Shown here one piece after another: positions 48,829-59,718 of a stretch of 64,000 nt of DNA. The notes beneath the pieces are model-generated. The model was not told the origin of the DNA. It saw nothing but the letters and a program-made list of their open reading frames with translations, and ran no database searches. The translations under genes were made by a program, and so were the position numbers. The stretch is from Ignavibacteriota bacterium (lineage in GTDB: Bacteria; Bacteroidota; Ignavibacteria; UBA10030; UBA6906), in NCBI GenBank assembly GCA_016218065.1, contig JACRFA010000113.1:6458-70457 (forward strand), in the 5' to 3' direction. Every line of letters starts with the position of its first letter. The stretch's first letter is position 1.

Positions 48829-50670
48829 TTGTCAACGCAACGCAGGGAAGATGTTCGCAACATAGCAATTATCGCTCACGTCGATCACGGTAAGACGACG
48901 CTTGTCGATCACATGTTGCGGCAGACGGGAACGTTCCGCGCAAATCAGCAACTCGTGACGCGCGTGATGGATTCAAACGATCTTGAACGAGAACGCGGCA
49001 TTACCATTCTCGCCAAGAACACCGCGATCCATTACAAGGGAACGAAGATCAACATTGTTGACACGCCGGGCCACGCGGATTTTGGCGGCGAAGTTGAACG
49101 CACGCTCACGATGGTCGATGGCGTACTGCTGTTGGTGGACGCCGCAGAAGGTCCGCTGCCGGGCACGAAGTTCGTTCTCAAGAAATCGCTCGACCTCAAC
49201 CTCAAACCGATCGTCGTCATCAATAAGATTGACCGGAAGGATGCGCGGGCGCATGAAGTGCTCGACATGATCTTCGAGCTGTTCCTGTCGCTTGGCGCCA
49301 ATGACTCGCAGCTGGACTTTCCGACCGTGTACGCGATTGCAAAGCAAGGCATCGCGAAAACCGAGTTGGACGATCCGAGCACGACGCTGGAACCGCTGTT
49401 TGACGCGATCATCAAGAATGTTCCGCCGCCGGAAGGCGACACGCACTCTCCGTTCCAGATGCTCGTCACGACAATCGACTACAACGATTATCTCGGGCGA
49501 CTCGGCATCGGACGCATTCATCGCGGCATTATTCGTCTCGGCGCTCCGATGAAGATCATTCATCGCGACGGCCTGACAGAAGATGCACGCGTCACGAAGA
49601 TTTATTCATTCGAAGGATTGAAGCGCGTCGAAGTTGCAGAGGCCGGCGCGGGCGACGTGATTGCGATTGCAGGAATGGAAGATGTCGATATCGGCGAAAC
49701 GATTGTCGATGCCGCCGACCCGACGCCGCTGCCGTTCGTCGCCATCGAAGAGCCAACTCTGTCGATGAATTTCATTGTCAACAATTCCCCGTTTGCCGGA
49801 CTCGAAGGAAAGTACGTCACGACGCGCAATCTCGCCGAACGCCTGACTCGTGAACTTCGCTCCAACGTCAGCTTACGCATTGAGCTGACTGACTCACCGG
49901 ACGTTTTCAAAGTCAGCGGACGCGGCGAACTCCATCTCGCCATTCTCATTGAGAATATGCGGCGTGAGGGCTACGAGATGCAAGTCTCGCGCCCCGAAGT
50001 GATCTTCAAGCGCATCGACGATGTGCTCGCCGAGCCGATTGAGCACGTGATCATCGACGTGCCCGAAGAGCATGTTGGGGTTGTGATTGAAAATCTCGGA
50101 CGCCGCAAGGGTGAGATGAAGAACATGATCACCGCGAACGGCAACTCGCGGCTCGAGTTCTACGTCCCGGCACGCGGACTGATTGGGTTCCGCGGCGAGT
50201 TCATGACGCAGACGAAAGGCACGGGCATTCTCCACCACAATTTCGCCGGCTACGAGCCGTACAAGGGCGACATGGCGCATCGGACAAAAGGCGCATTGGT
50301 CGCGATGGAAACGGGCGACGCCACAGCATACGCCATGTGGAAGCTTGGCGAGCGGTCGACGTTCTTCATCGAGCCGGGCACACGCATTTATAGCGGCATG
50401 GTGGTTGGCGAGAATTCACGCGAACAGGATATGCTCGTCAACGTGTGCAAGACAAAGCAGCTCACCAACATGCGCGCATCCGGCGCCGACGAAGCAATCC
50501 GGCTGGAGCCGCCGCATCTGCATACGCTCGAACAGGCAATCGAATGGATTGGCGACGACGAATACGTCGAGATTACGCCGCAGAGTATTCGCATCCGCAA
50601 AAAATATCTCGACGCGAACGAGCGCAACAGAATGTTTAAGAAGAAACCGGAAGCGCTTGAAGTCGCCTGA
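48829..50670 (+). CDS. typA: translational GTPase TypA/BipA
   Basis: 613 aa. G1 [10 protein letters not shown]3 DTPGHADF, G4 NKIDR, and overall BipA domain order. TTG start with the purine-rich tract GCAGAGG upstream. Confidence 0.93.
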   Translation: MSTQRREDVRNIAIIAHVDHGKTTLVDHMLRQTGTFRANQQLVTRVMDSNDLERERGITILAKNTAIHYKGTKINIVDTPGHADFGGEVERTLTMVDGVLLLVDAAEGPLPGTKFVLKKSLDLNLKPIVVINKIDRKDARAHEVLDMIFELFLSLGANDSQLDFPTVYAIAKQGIAKTELDDPSTTLEPLFDAIIKNVPPPEGDTHSPFQMLVTTIDYNDYLGRLGIGRIHRGIIRLGAPMKIIHRDGLTEDARVTKIYSFEGLKRVEVAEAGAGDVIAIAGMEDVDIGETIVDAADPTPLPFVAIEEPTLSMNFIVNNSPFAGLEGKYVTTRNLAERLTRELRSNVSLRIELTDSPDVFKVSGRGELHLAILIENMRREGYEMQVSRPEVIFKRIDDVLAEPIEHVIIDVPEEHVGVVIENLGRRKGEMKNMITANGNSRLEFYVPARGLIGFRGEFMTQTKGTGILHHNFAGYEPYKGDMAHRTKGALVAMETGDATAYAMWKLGERSTFFIEPGTRIYSGMVVGENSREQDMLVNVCKTKQLTNMRASGADEAIRLEPPHLHTLEQAIEWIGDDEYVEITPQSIRIRKKYLDANERNRMFKKKPEALEVA

Positions 50671-50722
50671 CCTTCTACATGAATTTTGCATTCGCACACA
50701 CAACCGTAGCTTTGCTGCGTGG

Positions 50723-50755
50723 ATCCCTCGACGCACCGTCAGGGATTTTTGTTTT
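50723..50755 (+). terminator. intrinsic terminator after typA
   Basis: Stem ATCCCTCGACG/CGTCAGGGAT with one bulge, followed by TTTTTGTTTT. Confidence 0.7.
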
Positions 50756-50825
50756 GCGTGAATTTCAGTGAACCAGAATTTTGCGACCCTCGTATCAAAA
50801 CATTCTTTGAGGAGGCACCATCAAC

Positions 50826-52964
50826 GTGGCTACCAAACGCATCTCTGAAAAACAAATCGACGCGGCAATTGCAGGCCTGCGCGAACTCGCGCATAACCTC
50901 TGGTGGTCGTGGAGTCCGTCGGCGCAGCAAATCTTTCAGGAGCTTTCTCCATTCTTCTGGGAACACAGCAACCACAATCCTGTCGAGGTGATGAATTGGA
51001 TTTCGGGAACCGAGCTGCGCGGCAGGCTGAAGGATTCCGAATTCTTTGAGCACGTGAACGCTGTCTGCGCGACATTTCGTTCGTATCTGAATGAGAAATC
51101 GACGTGGGCAGCGAAGAACGCGGCTTCGCTTAAGAAAGCGCCGGTTGCTTACTTCAGCGCCGAGTTTGGCTTGCACGAAAGTCTGCGTATCTACTCCGGC
51201 GGTCTTGGCATTCTTTCCGGCGATCATGCCAAGAGCGCCAGCGACCTGGGCCTCCCGTTCGTCGGCATCAGCCTCTTCTATCGCAACGGATATTTCTCGC
51301 AGCAGATTTCGAATGACGGCTGGCAGCAGGAACTCTATCCGCTCTACGATCCGCTGAAGCTCCCTCTCTCGCTCGTGAAGGATAAGCGCGGCAATGCCGT
51401 GGTCTGTTCGGTGCAGATCGGCGGAACACTTGTGTACTTCCAGGCATGGGCGGTCCACGTGGGACGCGTGAACGTGTACTTGCTCGACACGAATCTTCCC
51501 CAGAACGACGATCGCTCGCGTGAGATCACCGCTCATGTGTACGGCGGCGACCAGAGCACACGCATCGCGCAAGAAGTTATTCTCGGCATCGGCGGCGTGC
51601 GCATGCTGCGCGCCATCGGCATCACCCCATCCGTCTTTCACATGAACGAAGGACACAGCGCATTCCTGACGCTGGAACTGTTGCGCGAACAGATTGTCGC
51701 GAAGAGGCCGATCGAGAAGGCGCAGGAGTTTGTGAAGTCGCGTTGCGTCTTCACAACGCACACGCCGGTCCCCGCAGGCCACGACCGGTTCAGCCGTGAT
51801 CTCATGAACGCGTCGTTCAACAGATACGTCGAGGGACTCGGCATCGATGTCGAAGCGCTGATGGGATATGGCCGCATCCGACCGGCAGACATCAACGAAA
51901 CATTCTGCATGACCGTGCTTGCGCTGAAGATGTCGCGCGATGCAAACGGCGTCAGCGAGCTGCACGGCAAAACCAGCGTGCAGATGTGGAAAGATCTCTA
52001 TCCGACATGGACGAAGAAGGAAGACCCGATCGGCGCAATCACGAACGGCGTGCACATCAACGGCTGGGCATCACCCTCGGCGTCGCAGTGGTGGAGCAGA
52101 CAGCTCGGCGAGCATTGGTACGAGCACATCCGCGATGCAAATTATTGGAAGAGGGCGATTGAGTCGAACAAAATCTCCGATCAGGATCTCTGGGCGCTGC
52201 GAACCACGTTGCGCCGCGAGCTTGTCGAGTTTGCGCGCAAGCGACTGCGCGAACAGCATCTCCGTCACGGCGGCGACGGCATCGGGGTGTACGAGAAAAT
52301 GTTGTCGCCCGACGTGTTGACGGTTGGCTTTGCGCGCCGGTTCGCGACCTACAAACGTGCGCCGCTCTTCTTCCGCGACATGGACTGGGCAATTCGCATG
52401 CTCAATAGCGCCGATCGTCCCGTGCAGTTGATCTTCGCCGGCAAAGCGCATCCGCGCGACGATGCGGGCAAGCACTTCATTCAGGAAATCATCAACATGA
52501 CCAAACGGCTCGATCTGTTTGGCAAAGTGATGTTCATCGAGAATTACGACATCAACGTTGCGCGCTACCTGGTTTCAGGCGCCGACGTGTGGTTGAACAC
52601 GCCGCGCCGCCCGATGGAAGCATGCGGCACCAGCGGCGAGAAGACGATTCTGCATGGCGGCTTGAACGTGAGTACGATGGATGGCTGGTGGCGTGAAGCT
52701 TACGACGGAAAGAACGGCTGGCAAGTTGGCGAAGATTCTACCGCGCCCACCGAGCGTGAGCAGGACGACAAGGACGCCTACTCACTCCGCACGGTTCTCG
52801 AAACAGACGTGCTTCCGTTGTTCTATGACCGGGGCAAGGATGGCATTCCGCACAAATGGCTGAAGCGAGTCCGGCACTCGATGGCTTCACTGATTCCCAT
52901 CTACAACACCGACCGGATGGTCGTCGATTACACGAAGAAGTACTACTTGCCGAAAAAGAGATAA
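50826..52964 (+). CDS. glgP: alpha-glucan phosphorylase (GT35, maltodextrin/glycogen phosphorylase type)
   Basis: 712 aa. The alpha-glucan phosphorylase family layout (SAEFGLHESLRIYSGGLGILSGDH ... EACGTSGEK PLP-Lys region). GTG start 10 nt after GAGGAGG. Confidence 0.88.
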   Translation: MATKRISEKQIDAAIAGLRELAHNLWWSWSPSAQQIFQELSPFFWEHSNHNPVEVMNWISGTELRGRLKDSEFFEHVNAVCATFRSYLNEKSTWAAKNAASLKKAPVAYFSAEFGLHESLRIYSGGLGILSGDHAKSASDLGLPFVGISLFYRNGYFSQQISNDGWQQELYPLYDPLKLPLSLVKDKRGNAVVCSVQIGGTLVYFQAWAVHVGRVNVYLLDTNLPQNDDRSREITAHVYGGDQSTRIAQEVILGIGGVRMLRAIGITPSVFHMNEGHSAFLTLELLREQIVAKRPIEKAQEFVKSRCVFTTHTPVPAGHDRFSRDLMNASFNRYVEGLGIDVEALMGYGRIRPADINETFCMTVLALKMSRDANGVSELHGKTSVQMWKDLYPTWTKKEDPIGAITNGVHINGWASPSASQWWSRQLGEHWYEHIRDANYWKRAIESNKISDQDLWALRTTLRRELVEFARKRLREQHLRHGGDGIGVYEKMLSPDVLTVGFARRFATYKRAPLFFRDMDWAIRMLNSADRPVQLIFAGKAHPRDDAGKHFIQEIINMTKRLDLFGKVMFIENYDINVARYLVSGADVWLNTPRRPMEACGTSGEKTILHGGLNVSTMDGWWREAYDGKNGWQVGEDSTAPTEREQDDKDAYSLRTVLETDVLPLFYDRGKDGIPHKWLKRVRHSMASLIPIYNTDRMVVDYTKKYYLPKKR

Positions 52965-52980
52965 CTCGATCTTGCGCGCG

Positions 52981-53015
52981 AAAAAGGCCGGATCTCCTCC
53001 GGCCTTTCTCTTTCC
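52981..53015. terminator. bidirectional intrinsic terminator between convergent genes
   Basis: AAAAA-GGCCGGA-tctcc-TCCGGCC-TTTCTCTTT. It has an A-tract on one side and a T-tract on the other, and lies between the glgP stop (52964) and the stop of 53030-53455. Confidence 0.8.
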
Positions 53016-53029
53016 CACCAATTCACCGA

Positions 53030-53455
53030 CTATCGTACCGCTATTGCTTGGCTCATCCTACTGGCGATTGCGCCCAACCACTGATCTGCATTGTCGTAGC
53101 GAGCGTACGCGATCTCGTCGAACATCTCCGGCTCTTCAAAGACTGCCTTCACCAAGAACGCCTTGTATCGTACTTCGAGAGAGCTTGCGCCTGTTGCCAT
53201 CTCGTCCACTTTTGATTTCAGTCGTTTCAGATTACAAGTCGGCAACATCACTTTCATCATGGCCACATGCGCCAACGCCGACTCGACCACGCCCTGATTC
53301 TCAGACGAGAGCGCTGCGAGATATTGAACTGAGACCCGCTGCAAATCCGCGCACCGATACTGCGCCGCCGTCGGGAAGTACGGGTACTCCTTGTTTACAT
53401 CCTGCGCAAATCCTGTTGTAGCAACTAAGAGCATCACCACTGCTGCGATCTTCAT
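53030..53455 (-). CDS. hypothetical secreted protein
   Basis: 141 aa with signal peptide MKIAAVVMLLVATTGFAQ. The helical sequence has no recognised motif. Confidence 0.5.
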   Translation of the reverse strand: MKIAAVVMLLVATTGFAQDVNKEYPYFPTAAQYRCADLQRVSVQYLAALSSENQGVVESALAHVAMMKVMLPTCNLKRLKSKVDEMATGASSLEVRYKAFLVKAVFEEPEMFDEIAYARYDNADQWLGAIASRMSQAIAVR

Positions 53456-53592
53456 GACATCCTCCTTGGGTAAGTTTCGTATTCGATGAGCCTGACTTCT
53501 GACTCATGGTACGAGCACTACTTGCAAGAGATGTCTCCCGCGCGTCAAGCAATTGTAAAGAATTGTCACCGCAATAAACCTGTGCGATGCCG

Positions 53593-54594
53593 TCATTTCA
53601 TTGCTGCAGTATGCTGGTGCTCGGTGAATTTCTCCACCTGATGTTTCACCGGCTTGAGCGTTCTGAGGAAGGCATAGATCGAACCCAGGTCCTCGTCCGT
53701 CATGCCTGCGTACATGATCCACGGCATCGGCGTGTTGAATTCGTTCATCGTCACCGAAACATTTCTTGATGATGAATCGGCAAACGCTTTGAACCGCGCG
53801 ATGAAATCCTCCTTCGTCCATGTGCCGATACCGGTCTCTTCGTCCGGAGTAATATTGAGAGAGCGAACGGTTCCGCTGGGGAATGTAAATTCCATTCCAC
53901 CGGCAAACTCCATTCCTGGAATGCGTTCACCTTTCACCGCAGGAGTATGACAATCGCCGCACGCCGCAATCGTGCTGAGGTAGCGCCCGTACTCAATCGT
54001 ATTGGATTTCTCCGGTGCGGGCTTTGGTTGATATGATTTTGGCGGGATGGTTCTGACGATGAGATTGACAGGAAAGTTGAGCTTCGATTCTTTGATGGTG
54101 TTTTCGATGGGAGGGAGACTGCGAAGATACGCCACTATGGAATAGGCGTCTTCCTGGCTCAGGTTGTTGTAGCCGAGATACGGCATCAACGGAAAGATTG
54201 CTCGCTTCTCTCGCGTGACGCCAACGGTGAACACACGAAGCAGTTCTCCGTCCGTGTACTGCCCGATGCCGGCGGGAGTGATGTTCGCGCTGAAGAGCGT
54301 GCCGGGAATTCCACCAATCTGCTCGTTGAACTCCTCGCCTCCCTTGCCTTCCGTTCCTGCAATGATCGGGCCGGCGAACTTTGTCCAATCACGAGTCGAG
54401 TGACAGTCGATGCAAATCGTGACGTGGTTGGCGAGATACTTGCCGCGCGCAATGCGCTCCGGGGTTCGCTCAACTGTCACGGCGGGAGGCGGATCGACAT
54501 CAGGATATTTCAGAACAAAGAATGCCAACGCGCCGACAAGCACGAGCAGCAAAACCCCGACAACGATACCAACGAACTTCAGAGCTTTCTTCAT
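53593..54594 (-). CDS. membrane-anchored dihaem c-type cytochrome
   Basis: 333 aa with an N-terminal TM helix and two haem-binding motifs, CIDCH and CGDCH. Confidence 0.8.
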   Translation of the reverse strand: MKKALKFVGIVVGVLLLVLVGALAFFVLKYPDVDPPPAVTVERTPERIARGKYLANHVTICIDCHSTRDWTKFAGPIIAGTEGKGGEEFNEQIGGIPGTLFSANITPAGIGQYTDGELLRVFTVGVTREKRAIFPLMPYLGYNNLSQEDAYSIVAYLRSLPPIENTIKESKLNFPVNLIVRTIPPKSYQPKPAPEKSNTIEYGRYLSTIAACGDCHTPAVKGERIPGMEFAGGMEFTFPSGTVRSLNITPDEETGIGTWTKEDFIARFKAFADSSSRNVSVTMNEFNTPMPWIMYAGMTDEDLGSIYAFLRTLKPVKHQVEKFTEHQHTAAMK

Positions 54595-54752
54595 GAAACC
54601 TCCATTGTGATGTGTATGTGAAAGAACGATGACAAGTCGAGACCTGGCCTAGTGATCACCCTTCAGTTGAGAATCTCTGGTCGCGGTAGTAGTCAGACGC
54701 GGCAGTTCAACTTCGGCGTTAACGTAACAAAGTCCAGTCTTTTCCGCAACAC

Positions 54753-55706
54753 TCATTTGGCCGTCTCCTTCCAGACCAACGCGCTTGCGCCAAGTATCGC
54801 GGCATTGTCCGTCAACCCTGAAGGCAGCAGCTGCACTTTGTTCCTGAAGATGTTCAGCAAATAATTCTCCATGTGGCGCTTCGTTGGCGCGAAGATGAAC
54901 TCGCCCGCGTTCGCGAGTCCGCCGAAGAGAAAGATCGCCGACGGACTTGTATGTGCAACTGCATCGGCAAGCTTGAGGCCGAGAACTCTGCCCGTGCGCT
55001 CGTACGCTTCGAGCGCAAGCGCATCGCCGCTCTTCGCTGCGTCGGTAATCATCGCGGCGGTGAGATCATCAAAGGCAACCGACCGCAGACTGCTGGGCGT
55101 CGTTGTTTCGGCGATCAGTTCGAACACTGTACGCGTAATGCCGGGAGCGGACGCGTACGTTTCCAGGCAACCTCGTCGTCCGCAGCCGCACACGCGTCCG
55201 CTCGGATCGACGATCGTGTGGCCGATCTCTCCCGCAAAGCCATCATGACCGTACACAAGCTCGCCGTTCGCAACAATGCCGCTTCCCAATCCGGTGCCGA
55301 GCGTAATCACAATGAAGTCGCGCATTCCTTTCGCGCCGCCGTACACCATCTCGCCAATCGCCGCAGCGTTCGCATCGTTCGTCAGAATCACCGGCAACGC
55401 GTAGAACTGCTTCACGAGATCGACAAGTCGAATCACGCCGCGCCAACGAAGATTCGGCGCAAACTCGATTGTGCCGTTGTAGTAGTTGCCGTTCGGCGCG
55501 CCGATGCCAATACCTTTAAGCTGCCAGTCAGCAGCATTGCTCAACAGCGATTGAATGCACGCGTGCACTGCGCGAACAAATTCTTCGGGCGTGGGAAAAC
55601 TATTCGTGCTGATCGTTGAGAGTGCGAGACAGCGTCCGTCTTTGTCGACGAGCCCGATGGCAGTGTTCGTGCCGCCGACATCAATTCCGATTGCGACTTC
55701 TTTCAT
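54753..55706 (-). CDS. ROK-family sugar kinase (glucokinase-like)
   Basis: 317 aa. N-terminal GIDVGGTNT ATP-binding motif and the ROK zinc motif GHTIVDPSGRVCGCGRRGCLE. Confidence 0.85.
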   Translation of the reverse strand: MKEVAIGIDVGGTNTAIGLVDKDGRCLALSTISTNSFPTPEEFVRAVHACIQSLLSNAADWQLKGIGIGAPNGNYYNGTIEFAPNLRWRGVIRLVDLVKQFYALPVILTNDANAAAIGEMVYGGAKGMRDFIVITLGTGLGSGIVANGELVYGHDGFAGEIGHTIVDPSGRVCGCGRRGCLETYASAPGITRTVFELIAETTTPSSLRSVAFDDLTAAMITDAAKSGDALALEAYERTGRVLGLKLADAVAHTSPSAIFLFGGLANAGEFIFAPTKRHMENYLLNIFRNKVQLLPSGLTDNAAILGASALVWKETAK

Positions 55707-55855
55707 TGATCGTGTCCACTGTGGTGATGGAGAGAAGTAGATAAGTAACCTTCATGAGTCTGTCGTAGATTCGACTCATAAAAATGTAGAGAAAGGAAGG
55801 TACAGAAGAAAGAGAGGGAGACATTTCCGAGCAGGCTTGTCCCGGCAGAGGAATC

Positions 55856-58351
55856 TCACATCCGTGTTTTCGTTCTCTTCGTTGGTGCGGCTTCGAGCGG
55901 ATTTTCGGGCCAGTAATGCTTGGGATAGCGCCCGCGCATTTCTTTTCTGACATCGGCATACGCGTTCGCCCAGAAGCTCGCAAGGTCTTGTGTCACCGCC
56001 AGCGGACGGCGTGCAGGCGACAGCAGATGCAGCAACACGGCTACGCGTCCATCAGCAACGCGGGGTGAACTCGCTTCGCCGAACATCTCTTGCATCCGAA
56101 CCGCAAGCACCGGCTGCTCGCCGGAATAGTCCACCGGAATCTTCGAACCTGTCGGCGCAACGAGATGCGTCGGCGCGAGTCGGTCGAGCAACGACAACTG
56201 ATGGTACGTGAAGAGGGAGCGAAGAATCTGCGCGAGATTCAATCCGGCAAGCTGCGATCGTTTCGTCATGCCGCGAAGAAACGGGCCGAGCCAATGATCG
56301 AGCGTCGCGAGCAAGTGCTCGTAATCGAGCGCCGGCCACTCGTCATCGACAAACTGCTTCCGCCGCAGCCACTCACTCCGGTTCGCAAATGCCGTCGCAT
56401 CGGTCGTCCAAGGGAGGCATTCCAAGCCCAATGATCTGACGCCTTCAAGCATCGCTGCGCTTACAGCGTCGGCATCGGCAGTGAGGCGAGATTCTGCAAG
56501 CTCAATCGCCCCGAGGCGCGTCACGCGCCTCGCCTTCACCGCTTCTTCTCGTGCATCCCACCGTACCTCCTCATCATGGTGAAGTCGATCTTCAAAGACA
56601 GAACGCAAATCTGCTTCGTCGAGCGGAGCCGCGAGGAATACCTTCACCTCACTCCCGACGCCATCAACTTCGCCGATAGCAATATACTTTTCACGGACGA
56701 GAAGACTGCGTTGCGGCATGACGGCGTGCGGCCCGCCGGAAAGCTGGTAGCGTTCGCCGCGCCGCTGCCCGATGCGTTCCGGGTACGCGAGCGCGAGCAG
56801 AACGCCGGCTCTGTTGTCTGCGGAGGCTGCCTGCTTCACATCGAGCACCGATCGCAATCTCTTCGCCTGGTCGAGAGCACGCCGCCGCGCCGATGAATCC
56901 GCGACGCCGCCGTTTCGCAGTGCGTGCAATCGCGACTCCAGATCGATGTCTGCATCGCGCTCGCCGCGCAGGAGATCGCGCTCATCGAGCACGGCAGCGA
57001 CATCGCATGCAAGCGATCCAAGCCCAAGCTCTTTCCCTTTGATAAGCATATGTGCAAGTCGTGGATGAACGGGGGGTCGCGACATTGCGCGGCCATGAGG
57101 CATGAGTGTTCCTGCATCGCTCAGAGCGCCGAGATCGCGCAGCAACGACTGAGCCTGTCGCAGATGCGCCGCCGGCGGCGGATCGATGAAGCGCAGCCCT
57201 TCGCCGTTAGGCGTTCCCCAGCATGCCAGATCCAACGCCAACGGGGCGAGATCGGCGGAGACAATCTCGGGTGCGGAAAAGCGCGGCAGCGTTGAATGCT
57301 GCTCCACCGTCCACAATCGGTAGCAGACGCCTGCCGCTTCTCGGCCTGCGCGCCCCCGCCGTTGATCTGCCGATGCCTGCGAAACGGGCGTCGTGATCAA
57401 GCCGGACATCCCTCGCCGTGGATCGAACCGCGACATTCTGGACAATCCCGAATCGATCACCACCCGCACGCCTTCAATCGTTACGCTGGTTTCCGCGATG
57501 CTCGTTGAGAGAATCACCTTACGTTGTCCCGGGCGCACAGGGCGCAATGCGGCTTGCTGTTTGCCGGGCGGCAGATCGCCGAAGAGTGTGTGAACCGCAA
57601 CGGCAGCCGGAAGCTTTGCATCGCGCAGAAGGCTTTCGACTTTTCTGATCTCGCGTTGGCCGGGAAGAAAGACCAGCAGGTCGCCGTCGTGGTAGTTCAA
57701 CGCGGAGAGAACGGAGGAAACAACGGCGGATTCAATTCCTCTCTCGTGCGTGCGTGCGAGGTAATGCGTTTCGACGGGAAACATTCTGCCGCTGCTTTGC
57801 ACAAGGGGCGCATCGCCGAGCAGCCGCGAGATCGCAAGCCCGTCGAGTGTCGCCGACATGACCAGAAGCCGGAGATCGGCGCGAAGATTGCGCTGCACAT
57901 CGAGCGTGAACGCAAGTCCAAGATCGGCATGAATGCTTCGCTCATGGAACTCATCGAACATCACAACGCCGACATCGGGAAGATCGGGCGAGTCTTGCAT
58001 GAGGCGCGTGAGAATGCCTTCCGTTACAATCTCGATGCGCGTGTCGGGCGAGACCCGCGCATCTCCTCGAATCCGGTAGCCGACCGTCTTGCCGACAGGC
58101 TCGCCGAGTTGAGCGGCCATGAACTGCGCGGCTCGCTGCGCCGCAAGCCGGCGCGGCTCAAGCATCATCACCTTCTTACCGGCAAGCCAATCGGCCTCTA
58201 GCAACGCCACGGGTACCCGCGTGGTTTTTCCTGCGCCGGGGTCGGAGCTGAACACAACCGCAGTGCTGACGGAAAATGCATGCATCAACTCCGGAAGAAT
58301 TTCGTCAACAGGCAGTTTTGTCATCGTGAGGTATTCACTTATGCTACGCAC
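55856..58351 (-). CDS. hrpB: ATP-dependent DEAH-box helicase HrpB
   Basis: 831 aa. Motif I GAGKTT, motif II DEFHER, and an HrpB-type C-terminal domain. Confidence 0.9.
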   Translation of the reverse strand: MRSISEYLTMTKLPVDEILPELMHAFSVSTAVVFSSDPGAGKTTRVPVALLEADWLAGKKVMMLEPRRLAAQRAAQFMAAQLGEPVGKTVGYRIRGDARVSPDTRIEIVTEGILTRLMQDSPDLPDVGVVMFDEFHERSIHADLGLAFTLDVQRNLRADLRLLVMSATLDGLAISRLLGDAPLVQSSGRMFPVETHYLARTHERGIESAVVSSVLSALNYHDGDLLVFLPGQREIRKVESLLRDAKLPAAVAVHTLFGDLPPGKQQAALRPVRPGQRKVILSTSIAETSVTIEGVRVVIDSGLSRMSRFDPRRGMSGLITTPVSQASADQRRGRAGREAAGVCYRLWTVEQHSTLPRFSAPEIVSADLAPLALDLACWGTPNGEGLRFIDPPPAAHLRQAQSLLRDLGALSDAGTLMPHGRAMSRPPVHPRLAHMLIKGKELGLGSLACDVAAVLDERDLLRGERDADIDLESRLHALRNGGVADSSARRRALDQAKRLRSVLDVKQAASADNRAGVLLALAYPERIGQRRGERYQLSGGPHAVMPQRSLLVREKYIAIGEVDGVGSEVKVFLAAPLDEADLRSVFEDRLHHDEEVRWDAREEAVKARRVTRLGAIELAESRLTADADAVSAAMLEGVRSLGLECLPWTTDATAFANRSEWLRRKQFVDDEWPALDYEHLLATLDHWLGPFLRGMTKRSQLAGLNLAQILRSLFTYHQLSLLDRLAPTHLVAPTGSKIPVDYSGEQPVLAVRMQEMFGEASSPRVADGRVAVLLHLLSPARRPLAVTQDLASFWANAYADVRKEMRGRYPKHYWPENPLEAAPTKRTKTRM

Positions 58352-58652
58352 GAGCCGGTTTGCACATCGATTCGCGCTGGAGTCACCTCGTCACTACGTG
58401 ACGAGCTTGCCCTTGCGGTTTCTGTTAGCCGACCGTAAACGGTCTGCCTAATATCGTATCGTCCCTACAGGACGAGCGTAGCGAACCACGTAGTGGCAAT
58501 CTGAACATAGCCCGACCTCTTAAAGGTCGGGTGAAGAAACCATGAAATGAAATCCGTCGCGTAGCGACGGAATGGAATTGCGTTTCTTGAATAATATCAG
58601 TTATTCATCATTGAGAGAAGATACGAAATGCGGAGACGGGGCGGGAGAAATG

Positions 58653-59462
58653 TTAGAATTGAAAATCCTTCTTCAAGAAGAAGCCGATGCTCCAGTTCTC
58701 GCTCGATTCAAACGCTGTGGCGTAATCCCGATTGTTGCCGAACACTCGCACGCTCCCGAAGATACTCCACGACAAGAACTCCAGCTTCGACGACACGCCG
58801 AGTCGCGTCACCATCTTCGCGTCATCGCGAAAGTAGCCGTTGAACCCGCAACACTCCGCAAAGAGTGTCGCCGCATTGGTGAGCGGGAGAAGAAACGCCG
58901 CGCTGTACATGAACAAGTCATTCTGCTTTCCTGTACCGATGGGATCGCTGACGATGCCGACGCCGACGTTCGCGCGCACTTCAAACGATTCCGTGACTGC
59001 CGACGCAAGCACGTGAAAGAAGTAATCCGTCTGATCGCTGCCGAGCTTGTAAGGTTTGTACGATGTGTTGGGCAGCTTGACCGCGCTGCGAACACCGACG
59101 CTGTACAGACTCTCCGCCTTGCTGAAGAGATTGATTTTTGTCGCGACAGTCAGATCGCCCCAGTCCGCCGCTGTTGCACCGCCCGGATAGGTTGCAAAGA
59201 TCTTGCCGCGCCAATCGAGATCGATATCCACATTACTCGAGACGCCGATGCGCGTCGAGGCAATCAACGCCCGAATTTCCGTCTCAGGAAAGTCCGGCGC
59301 CGGCGCCTGATGTTTTTCCAGATACTCAACACCAATGCCGGATTCGACGCGGTGCATCCCGACCGTCAACGGACTTTCGGTGAGCAGAACAGGCTTCTGC
59401 GCCCAGGACGTGAACAGCGGAATAAGCACCACGAACAGCGCTTTGCTATTTCTTCTAAACAT
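58653..59462 (-). CDS. putative outer-membrane beta-barrel protein
   Basis: Start chosen at MFRRNSKALFVVLIPLFTSWAQ (signal peptide). The body shows an alternating beta-strand pattern and ends in ...FLKKDFQF (aromatic C-terminus). Confidence 0.55.
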   Translation of the reverse strand: MFRRNSKALFVVLIPLFTSWAQKPVLLTESPLTVGMHRVESGIGVEYLEKHQAPAPDFPETEIRALIASTRIGVSSNVDIDLDWRGKIFATYPGGATAADWGDLTVATKINLFSKAESLYSVGVRSAVKLPNTSYKPYKLGSDQTDYFFHVLASAVTESFEVRANVGVGIVSDPIGTGKQNDLFMYSAAFLLPLTNAATLFAECCGFNGYFRDDAKMVTRLGVSSKLEFLSWSIFGSVRVFGNNRDYATAFESSENWSIGFFLKKDFQF

Positions 59463-59661
59463 CAATGCCGGAGAACCCAGAAACTTGTTATTGATTTGGA
59501 CGATAACTCTTCGCAGCAACCGGAGCAGGGAGAAGTGCTACCGTAGTATACAGCTTCGCGAGGTAGGAGGCAATCATGGAAATCACAATTTCACGAGAAG
59601 CAATCACCCAAGAAGGGCCGAGCCGTGATAACCTTGTTGTTATCCTTGCGTTATCCTACCA

Positions 59662-59694
59662 CAAAAAAAAGGCTCCCGATCTCTCAAGAGCCTT
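59662..59694 (-). terminator. intrinsic terminator after msrA
   Basis: Stem AAGGCTC/GAGCCTT (59669-59675 / 59688-59694). On the minus strand it is followed by TTTTTTTTGTGG. Confidence 0.75.
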
Positions 59695-59718
59695 CTTCAC
59701 AATGATGCGACTGATCAG

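Noticed and set aside
50739-52055. 438-aa minus-strand ORF inside the glucan phosphorylase gene
   Set aside because: It is an antisense shadow ORF. The plus-strand product has clear GT35 phosphorylase similarity along its whole length.
58572-59546. 324-aa plus-strand ORF opposite the putative outer-membrane barrel gene
   Set aside because: It is Arg-rich with no motifs. The minus-strand frame has a signal peptide, a beta-strand periodicity and an aromatic C-terminus. The minus-strand call itself has only moderate confidence.
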